34,110 nt of DNA from Candidatus Bathyarchaeum sp. Lineage in GTDB: Archaea > Thermoproteota > Bathyarchaeia > Bathyarchaeales > Bathyarchaeaceae. The first letter of the stretch is position 1; each line of letters starts with the position of its first letter. The DNA lies in assembly GCA_026014495.1 (NCBI GenBank), contig JAOZIF010000111.1, positions 1 through 34,110 on the forward strand, written 5' to 3'. The translations under genes were made by a program, and so were the position numbers. The notes below the pieces were generated by a model. It ran no database searches and was not told the origin of the DNA. It saw only the letters and a program-made list of their open reading frames with translations. Positions 27,269 to 34,110 of this stretch are shown here, piece by piece.

Positions 27269-27283
27269 TTGTCTAGTCTGGAT
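27269..27283 (+). repeat. 15-nt exact copy of tRNA-Arg D-arm sequence
   Basis: TTGTCTAGTCTGGAT is identical to 28908-28922. Confidence 0.55.
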
Positions 27284-27460
27284 CAAGTAATCACTGGTGA
27301 TATCGCCCAAAAAGAATCTCGCAAACTCGCTCTTTTTTAGGGTTAATAAAAATGAAAGATGTATGTTTAACTTACAAAAATGGTAAAGATGTCGGGTTAG
27401 TCAATGTTTTTTGACAAAAAGTCTTTAATTAAAAATACAACACTTTATTATTGTGAAAAA

Positions 27461-28735
27461 ATGGTTAACTGTAAAAAATTGTTTGTACCAATCGTAGTTC
27501 TTTTGGTTTTGTTAAGTTCATTACTTACTGTTCAGGTCAATTGTCAGGTTCCTTGGGTTGAATGGAGTCAAACATATGACGGAACTGGTGGCTGCTCAGT
27601 GGTTGGGACCTCTGATGGAGGATACGTGTTAGCAGGATCTACTCATGATATTGATCCAAACGTTGATTTTTGGCTAGTTAAGACTGATGGCTATGGAACT
27701 GTTGAGTGGAACCAAACATATGGAGGAACAGATTACGACTCTTGTTCTGCAATGATAGCAACTTCTGATGGAGGATACGCATTAGCAGGTTCCACATGGT
27801 CATACGGTAACGGAAATAGAGACTTTTGGTTGGTTAAGACTGATGGCTATGGAAACGTTGAGTGGAACCAAACATATGGAACAGCAGATGTTGATGTTGC
27901 CGCGTCTTTGATCCAGACTTCTGATGGTGGGTACGCCCTAGCAGGCTATAGGCAATATATCAATGTGGATGGCGTAGCAGTTTTTTGGTTCGTAAAGACT
28001 GACTCATCAGGAAACATGGAATGGAACAAAGTATTCAGTGGAGGAGGAATAAACCATGCATCTTCTGTGCTAGAGACTTCTGACGGAGGGTACGTAATAT
28101 TAGGCAGAAAACAATCCATGGGTGCAACATATGGATATGCTTGGTTGATTAAGACAGATAAGTTAGGGAACATTGAGTGGGACCAAAGTTATGAAGGAAC
28201 ATTTGGAGACCTTGCTGACACGTTGATTGAAACTTCAGATGGTGGAATTGCTTTTGCTTGCCATACCTATTTGTTTGGTGCGGGAAGTGCAGATTTTTGG
28301 TTGATTAAGCTGGACATGTCAGGAAATATTGAGCTAAACCAAACATACGGAGGAGCAGAAAAGGACATTCCTTACTCTCTGGTTGAGACTTTTGACGGAG
28401 GATTTTCCTTAGCTGGCTCGACAGAATCTTTTGGTTATGGAAACACTGATTTTTGGCTGGTAAAAACCGATGAGTCAGGAAAAATGGAATGGAACCGATT
28501 TTATGGAAGTCCAGAACATGAAATTGCTTGTTCATTGATTGAAAACTCTGATGGTGGATACACTTTGGCAGGCAATCAAGACCTTTGGGACACTGGTGAA
28601 CAAAAAATTTGGTTAATACGGACCAACATACAGGGCATCCCAGAGTTTCCATCATGGATTATTCTCCCAATGTTATTGATACTGTCTTTGGCAGTAATAA
28701 TCTGCAGAAAGAAATTGACAAAAAAGACAAAATAA
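27461..28735 (+). CDS. Secreted seven-repeat beta-propeller protein with PEF-CTERM-like anchor
   Basis: Signal peptide from ATG 27461; seven W.qtYgg...tSDGGy.laG repeats; C-terminal IPEFPSW, TM helix and RKK. Confidence 0.88.
   Translation: MVNCKKLFVPIVVLLVLLSSLLTVQVNCQVPWVEWSQTYDGTGGCSVVGTSDGGYVLAGSTHDIDPNVDFWLVKTDGYGTVEWNQTYGGTDYDSCSAMIATSDGGYALAGSTWSYGNGNRDFWLVKTDGYGNVEWNQTYGTADVDVAASLIQTSDGGYALAGYRQYINVDGVAVFWFVKTDSSGNMEWNKVFSGGGINHASSVLETSDGGYVILGRKQSMGATYGYAWLIKTDKLGNIEWDQSYEGTFGDLADTLIETSDGGIAFACHTYLFGAGSADFWLIKLDMSGNIELNQTYGGAEKDIPYSLVETFDGGFSLAGSTESFGYGNTDFWLVKTDESGKMEWNRFYGSPEHEIACSLIENSDGGYTLAGNQDLWDTGEQKIWLIRTNIQGIPEFPSWIILPMLLILSLAVIICRKKLTKKTK
27677..27880 (+). repeat. Intragenic near-identical direct repeat (27677-27724 and 27833-27880)
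   Basis: 46 of 48 nt identical, offset 156 nt (52 codons). Confidence 0.9.
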
Positions 28736-28860
28736 CTTGGTTCTTACAATGCTATTTATGGAGTGGACTGATCAGGTCACAAAACAGCCTATATGTGTTA
28801 GTTGAGATTAGTTTTGTTGGTGTATTTTTGTCTGTGATTTTTACTTGTTTGTTTTTGTAA

Positions 28861-28877
28861 AAGAAAACCTATTATTT
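28861..28877 (+). promoter_or_regulatory. Putative BRE/TATA promoter of tRNA-Arg
   Basis: AAGAAAACCTATTATT about 25 nt upstream of the tRNA 5' end. Confidence 0.55.
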
Positions 28878-28900
28878 GTGATTGTTGTCCCATCTGTGAA

Positions 28901-28979
28901 GGGTCCGTTGTCTAGTCTGGATTAGGATGCTGGCCTGCGAAGCCGGAGCTCCGGGGTTCAAATCCCCGCGGACCCGCCA
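28901..28979 (+). tRNA. tRNA-Arg (anticodon GCG), intronless, CCA encoded
   Basis: Acceptor GGGTCCG/CGGACCC; D arm; anticodon stem CTGGC/GCCGG with loop CT-GCG-AA (GCG at 28937-28939); T arm CGGGG-TTCAAAT-CCCCG; 3' G-CCA. Confidence 0.96.
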
Positions 28980-28995
28980 CTCAAAGGAAGAAATC

Positions 28996-30945
28996 ATGAT
29001 GGTTTGCGTTAACCCCTTCTCCGAATTCTATACCGGATGCGAGACCGTTCTAAAGGATGCCATAAACAGGCTATATCCAGATTTTCCTTTACCCTCTATA
29101 CTGCTTGATGTTCCTCCTAACCTAGAGTTTGGAGAACTAGCAGCTTCTGTATGCTTTGAGCTTGCCAAACACGCAAAAAACAAGCCTAGAACAATCGCCC
29201 AAGAGCTTGTGCAAGCCATGGATGTTTCAGGTTTTTCGTTGATTGATTCTGTTCAAGCAGCAGGGGCAGGATACATTAATTTTCGTGCTAACTCTGAAGT
29301 GTTTTCTAGTTTAACCCTCAAATCCATCAAGGAATTGGATGCAACTTATGGTTACGTCAAAACTGATAAACCCAAAAAAATTCTGCTTGAACACACGAGC
29401 GTTAATCCCGTGCACCCTATTCATATTGGTCAGGCAAGAAACCCTATGCTGGGTGATGCTATTTCGCGTATTCTGAAGAACCGTGGGCACGAAGTTTCAA
29501 GGCACTATTACGTGGACGATGTTGGACGCCAAAGCGCTGTAATCGCTTACGGTTACACCAAGCTTGGAAAACCCAAACCAGAAGGAAAGCCTGACCGTTT
29601 CATAGGCGAAATCTACACGGTTACCAGTTGTATAATGGAAGTTAAACGCCTCAACAAGGCTGTTAAGTCATCAAAAAATCTTGAAGCTCAGGAAGCTGCA
29701 AAACTGCACCGAGAACTTGACGAGTGGGTTTCAATCTCGGCAGAGATGGAGCAGCGCTTTCCACAGCTTTTCAATAAACTTTTAGCTGAAATCAGCAAGG
29801 ACCCTGACCCCGAAGAGCAGGTTGGCAAACTAATACGTGCATATGAGGCGGGCGAAGAAGCGGCAAAACAGTTGCTAAGGGAAGTTTGTGAGTTGTGCCT
29901 CAAAGGTTTTCGGGAAACTTTGTGCAGTGTCGAAATAAGTGTTGATTGCTGGGATTGGGAAAGCGATCTGATCTGGAACGGCGATGTTAATCGTGTGATA
30001 GAGCAGTTGAAGGCGTCGCCCTACGTTTTTGAGGAAAACGGTGTTTTGGAGTTTGATGCTGAAAAAGTTGCAGATGACCTAGACCTAAAGAAAAAATTAG
30101 GCATAAGCGACGATCATGAACTTACTCCTTTAACTTTGGTGCGGGCTGACGGAACTTCACTTTATACAACGCGTGACATTGCGTATCATCTGTGGAAGTT
30201 TGAGCAAGCCGAGCGTGTGGTCAACGTGATTGGTATGGAACAAACGCTTCCGCAGTTGCAGCTAAAACTTGCATTGAGTGCCTTAGGGCATCCTGATTAC
30301 ATAGCTAATCTTACCCATTTTGCTTATAGTTTGGTTCGGCTTCCGGGTTATCGCATGTCAAGCCGTAGAGGACGTTACATAACTCTTGACGAGGTTATGG
30401 ATGGCGCCGCACAAAGAGCCTACAATGAAGTTTCTAAACGCTCTCCGCACCTGTCCGACGAGGAGAAACGGCAGATTTCAGTTTTTGTTGGAAAAGGGGC
30501 GGTCAAATACGCGTTAGTATCAGTGGACCCAACCAAACCAGTTGTCTTCACTTGGGATAGGGTGCTGGACTTTGAAAATAATAGTGCCCCCTATATCCAG
30601 TATTCTCATGCTAGAGCTCGCAGCATTTTGCGCAAAGCATCTAGGGAACCAAAAAGTGCTGATTATTCATTACTAACTGATTCCATGGAGCGGGAGCTAG
30701 TTTTGATGTTGGCTCGTTTTCCTGAAATTTTCTTAGATGCTGCAGAAAATCTAAAACCAAACGCCATAGCAGACTATGTGAACACGTTAGCTGACAAGTT
30801 CAACAGGTTCTACACAAAACTGCCCGTGATAAAGGCAGAGTCAGTTGGACTCAGTGATGCTCGCTTAGCTCTTGTGGATGCTACCCGAATAGTTTTCCAT
30901 AATGCCTTGACTTTGCTTGGAATCGAGGCACCAGAGAGAATGTAA
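28996..30945 (+). CDS. argS: Arginyl-tRNA synthetase
   Basis: EHTSVNP..PIHIGQARN (HIGH), RADGTSLYTTRDIAYH, MSSRRG, NSAPYIQYSHAR. True start at ATG 28996 or 28999 (AAGGAAG upstream); the ORF-track start lies inside the tRNA. Confidence 0.97.
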   Translation: MMVCVNPFSEFYTGCETVLKDAINRLYPDFPLPSILLDVPPNLEFGELAASVCFELAKHAKNKPRTIAQELVQAMDVSGFSLIDSVQAAGAGYINFRANSEVFSSLTLKSIKELDATYGYVKTDKPKKILLEHTSVNPVHPIHIGQARNPMLGDAISRILKNRGHEVSRHYYVDDVGRQSAVIAYGYTKLGKPKPEGKPDRFIGEIYTVTSCIMEVKRLNKAVKSSKNLEAQEAAKLHRELDEWVSISAEMEQRFPQLFNKLLAEISKDPDPEEQVGKLIRAYEAGEEAAKQLLREVCELCLKGFRETLCSVEISVDCWDWESDLIWNGDVNRVIEQLKASPYVFEENGVLEFDAEKVADDLDLKKKLGISDDHELTPLTLVRADGTSLYTTRDIAYHLWKFEQAERVVNVIGMEQTLPQLQLKLALSALGHPDYIANLTHFAYSLVRLPGYRMSSRRGRYITLDEVMDGAAQRAYNEVSKRSPHLSDEEKRQISVFVGKGAVKYALVSVDPTKPVVFTWDRVLDFENNSAPYIQYSHARARSILRKASREPKSADYSLLTDSMERELVLMLARFPEIFLDAAENLKPNAIADYVNTLADKFNRFYTKLPVIKAESVGLSDARLALVDATRIVFHNALTLLGIEAPERM

Positions 30946-30973
30946 CCTCTTTTCATGTTGTGAGGAGAAAAAC

Positions 30974-31651
30974 TTGTATCTGCGTGGTTTTGATTCTGGC
31001 AGAGAACTGCTCAAGTGGGTGGCAATCATAACAATGACTGTCGACCATGTTGGAGCGGTATTGTATCCAGATTTTGAGGTTTTGCGGTGGATTGGCAGAC
31101 TATCCTTTCCATTATTTGCTTATCTGCTAGTATTGGGCATGGAAAACACGCGAAATATACGCAAGTACTTCACTAGACTTTTTGTTTTTGCCCTGATTTC
31201 TCAGGTGCCGTTTTTCTTAGCTGTTGATTATGCGCCTTTTGAGTCATTTAACATATTTTTCACCCTTTCTTTTGGGCTTTTGTTTGTTTACTTGTTTAAT
31301 CAAGGTTCAGTGATTGCGTTTGTTCCTCTGCTGGTGTCTCTTGCTTTGCCCTTTGATTATGGCGTCTATGGTCTAGCAACAATTGGGTGCATGTATATGC
31401 TAAGAAAAAACACAAACTTTGGGGTCACTTTTTTGTTTTTGCTTAATGCATTGTTTTTGGTGGCATGGAATACACAGTTTCTTTCTTTGTTTGCTTTGCC
31501 CTTGATTTTGCTGCATAACAATGGGTCATTAACTAGAACAACAAATTTTAGTGCAGACTTTAAGATGCCTGCGTGGAGAAAATACTTTTTTTATGTCTAT
31601 TATCCGCTTCACCTGTTTTTGTTGTATCTTCTAAAAGTGTACTTTTTCTGA
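30974..31651 (+). CDS. TraX-family membrane acyltransferase-like protein
   Basis: LLKWVAIITMTVDH, IGRLSFPLF, ISQVPF, NIFFTL, FYVYYPLHL. Start placed at the in-frame TTG 30974 after GAGGAG. Confidence 0.87.
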   Translation: MYLRGFDSGRELLKWVAIITMTVDHVGAVLYPDFEVLRWIGRLSFPLFAYLLVLGMENTRNIRKYFTRLFVFALISQVPFFLAVDYAPFESFNIFFTLSFGLLFVYLFNQGSVIAFVPLLVSLALPFDYGVYGLATIGCMYMLRKNTNFGVTFLFLLNALFLVAWNTQFLSLFALPLILLHNNGSLTRTTNFSADFKMPAWRKYFFYVYYPLHLFLLYLLKVYFF

Positions 31652-31793
31652 TTAATTTCGCAAAATTTTGTGAGACTAAATAGATCGCCTGCAATAAAAC
31701 GTATTCATAACGTACAAGTACAGTCACAATTTTAGCATGCTTATCTACAGGTCACAAAGTTTTAAAACACTCTAATCAGAGTTTGTTGAGGTT

Positions 31794-33284
31794 ATGCACA
31801 TGGTTAAGCGTCTTCAAAAAATTGTGTTACTCTTTATTGTTGCTCTTTTGCTCAGTAATACTTTACCTGTACTCGCTGCTGATACCTTGCAGCCTTCTGA
31901 CTTTGAGCTAGAAAGCTGGAGCAAAAATATCGACTTCTTTGATTACGTGAGATTATATGCTGCCATCCATGGCAAGACACCGCCCGAAGCCAACGAGCAT
32001 GCATACCTGAACCTTGCTTACATGAATATTTCAGGACTGCAAGTGCTCTCTGCTGGGCTTTTCAACATAACCGACGAAGAAAATGCGTTTACACTTCCAA
32101 TCCAAACTACAATGATGCATTACACTTCCAGAGATGGTTTGAAAGATGTTGTAACTGCCTCAAGTTTTGTGATGCTTATGGCATTTAATGAAACTGGCGA
32201 CACTATTTTTGACCAGTCACCAGATATGAATGACACCTTGTATGCATCTTTTAGTTTGGGCTACGATTTAGATGAATTCTTTGATGATTCAAAACCTGAT
32301 TTGAACAGCAAAACTGAGGTAATCCCCTTAACTTCTTCATCTGATGGGCTGGTTTGGCGTTGGGGCATGAAATACACTGACCTAGCTGCATTATGGTGGA
32401 ACACGTCTATAGACCCAGACAATCCAAAGAACGATATTAGACCTGTAGCGTTGACTGTTTATGATGAATTGACATTCACGTATAAACTAACAATTGACCC
32501 AGAAACTGGAGAAGCAACTCTAAGCACAAACTACACCATAGGCAAAATGCGTGACCTGTGGGTTTTCGCGTGGTTCATCATTTTTCCGTTCACAACCCAC
32601 TACAATGCAACTGGACACTACAGGCTCAATGGTCAACAAATCTCTACTGAAACAATAAACGATTTCCTCTATACTCAGGGAATCAAAATGAGCACCGTAA
32701 ACTTTCAGGCAACAGTAATCCTTGATCACACCGCCTACTTTGAATCCCAAGGCGCCAATGTTCAAGACACCGAAGTATTACTTGACGACTCCTCGATAGA
32801 AACCTTTGCTGATGATGGCGAAAAAATCTTAGAAGCAGACTTTACAACAAAAGAAACGTACAACCTGTTTAATTCAACGTTTGACCCCACAGAAACAATA
32901 TACGAAACATACCCGACCACAACAAGGACCTGCAAAATAGCTGGCTTTGCAACAAATGCCATATTTGCTGTTCACACGTCACTTATGCGGTTAATTCCAA
33001 CTGTGATGGCAAGCATAGACCCAGAACTTTACGCGCAAGCTAAAGACCATTTGCTGGACATGAGTTACGCTGACTACTTCTATGTAACTTCCTACCCTGA
33101 ATATGGCGGTTACAGAATTGAACACGACCCAACAATAACTGCCTACTGCGACTTGGTAACAGATGGGTCACTATCCGAAGAGCCTGCATCAACAGGAGGC
33201 GGCGGAATAGGGGCACTGCTTGTTATTGCTCTTGGAGTCGGATTGCTTGTGGCATTAGTTTTTGTTATCAAAAAAAGAGGCTAA
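31794..33284 (+). CDS. Hypothetical secreted, C-terminally anchored surface glycoprotein
   Basis: Signal peptide, eight N-x-S/T sequons, Gly linker, TM helix and KKRG tail. Confidence 0.85.
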   Translation: MHMVKRLQKIVLLFIVALLLSNTLPVLAADTLQPSDFELESWSKNIDFFDYVRLYAAIHGKTPPEANEHAYLNLAYMNISGLQVLSAGLFNITDEENAFTLPIQTTMMHYTSRDGLKDVVTASSFVMLMAFNETGDTIFDQSPDMNDTLYASFSLGYDLDEFFDDSKPDLNSKTEVIPLTSSSDGLVWRWGMKYTDLAALWWNTSIDPDNPKNDIRPVALTVYDELTFTYKLTIDPETGEATLSTNYTIGKMRDLWVFAWFIIFPFTTHYNATGHYRLNGQQISTETINDFLYTQGIKMSTVNFQATVILDHTAYFESQGANVQDTEVLLDDSSIETFADDGEKILEADFTTKETYNLFNSTFDPTETIYETYPTTTRTCKIAGFATNAIFAVHTSLMRLIPTVMASIDPELYAQAKDHLLDMSYADYFYVTSYPEYGGYRIEHDPTITAYCDLVTDGSLSEEPASTGGGGIGALLVIALGVGLLVALVFVIKKRG

Positions 33285-33396
33285 GTTAGCAACTAACTCC
33301 AACGTTGAAGTCAATTACAAATGGGGTAAATGTGTCCCTTTCATTTTTATTTTTTTTAATTTGTGTTCCAAAACAAATAGCCGCTAAACTGTCCAC

Positions 33397-33897
33397 TCAT
33401 TTGTTTAGTTGTAGTGTTTTTACATCAAGAGTTTCTGTGTCAAGTATGGCTATTGTTGCTTTTCCAGTCAGTAAACCGCAAGCCTCACCTGGATTAATAA
33501 CAAGCATTCTTCCTTTTCGATACGTTTTAGGTACATGTGTATGTCCACAAACCAGAACGTCATGGCTTTCTAACTCAAGAAGAGACCGCATGAGCTCTTT
33601 GTCGTCTCCATGAATCAAGGCAATCCGTAACCCATCAACTAGTACAAACGCGAATCTTCCGCGGATGTCTGCTCCAAACTCGGCGAACTTCTTTTTTAGT
33701 AGTGTTCTGTCGCCGTCGTTGTTGCCAAATACTCCAATCAGCGGAGCTTTCAGTTGCTTGAGACTTGCTTCTACAAAGGGCGCGATGTAGTCTCCAGCGT
33801 GGAGCACAAGTTCAACATTTAGTTCGTTTAGTTGTTTGACTGCTTGGTCAATTAGATGTAGATTGTCGTGAGTGTCTGAGATTATGCCTATAATCAT
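33397..33897 (-). CDS. Metallophosphoesterase (YfcE/MJ0936 family)
   Basis: ISDTHDN, HAGD, GNND, HG, GHTH, NPG motifs. Confidence 0.95.
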   Translation of the reverse strand: MIIGIISDTHDNLHLIDQAVKQLNELNVELVLHAGDYIAPFVEASLKQLKAPLIGVFGNNDGDRTLLKKKFAEFGADIRGRFAFVLVDGLRIALIHGDDKELMRSLLELESHDVLVCGHTHVPKTYRKGRMLVINPGEACGLLTGKATIAILDTETLDVKTLQLNK

Positions 33898-34110
33898 TTG
33901 ATGTCCACCATTATTGTTGGTAGCCCGTTTGGTTGGTACATAAAACAGTAAGTGAACCTAAATATGCGTTATCCTCTGTGCCCGTTGAACATACTTATTT
34001 GTAATCCGTTTTTGTTGTCCGAAAACATTTTACAAGCGAGTGTACGTTAATACGTGACGGTGTAAAATTTGGCATCTCTTAGGGCTTTAGCGCCCTCATT
34101 AACTCGAATC

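Noticed and set aside
25335-28900. Intact integrated element next to tRNA-Arg
   Set aside because: There is no integrase or transposase and no duplication of the tRNA 3' end. Only the 15-nt D-arm match remains, and it is reported as a tentative finding.
28927-28995. ORF-track N-terminal extension of argS
   Set aside because: It runs through the tRNA-Arg gene; the SD-supported start is at 28996 or 28999.
30917-30973. ORF-track extensions of TraX-like (also 27404-27460 and 25461-25487 for their genes)
   Set aside because: Downstream in-frame starts have better SD motifs or signal peptides, and the TraX extension overlaps argS.
28773-31758. CAGGTCACAAA repeated at 28773 and 31748, both intergenic
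   Set aside because: An 11-nt match is expected by chance in 34 kb, and I saw no extended similarity.
34069-34110. TTG-initiated frame open to the window end (MASLRALAPSLTRI) with upstream GGTG and a TATA-like motif; also an AGGGC/GCCCT hairpin
   Set aside because: Only 14 codons are visible. It is probably the start of the next gene but cannot be identified.
1-34110. CRISPR array, rRNA, IS element, inteins or tRNA intron
   Set aside because: No regularly spaced repeats, rRNA-like sequence or transposase motifs were seen. Core proteins have normal lengths and the tRNA folds without an intron.

Overview
Archaeal chromosome segment, most likely TACK-type and plausibly Bathyarchaeia. This is an inference from rps7 abutting EF-1alpha with no EF-2 between them, a crenarchaeal-like ArgRS insertion, and the surface-protein repertoire. 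Housekeeping genes (rps7, tuf, ppa, trmI, aconitase, tRNA-Arg(GCG), argS) are interleaved with many regulators (two Lrp/AsnC, two winged-helix, RHH-type, stand-alone receiver, PadR) and membrane or surface proteins (three beta-propeller types, SpoIIM-like, DUF4234-like, DUF4013-like, TraX-like). No CRISPR array, integrase or transposase was seen. The most notable signals are: (1) an unannotated ~55-bp non-coding element present twice 17 kb apart in the same gene context; (2) a degenerate nucleotidyltransferase fused to an intact kinase; (3) two regulator plus surface beta-propeller cassettes; (4) an RHH gene whose DNA-binding domain lacks an in-frame canonical start; (5) tRNA-Arg placed 16 nt upstream of its own synthetase; (6) a 15-nt copy of that tRNA's D-arm 1.6 kb upstream. 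Family names come from motif recognition only; no searches were run.
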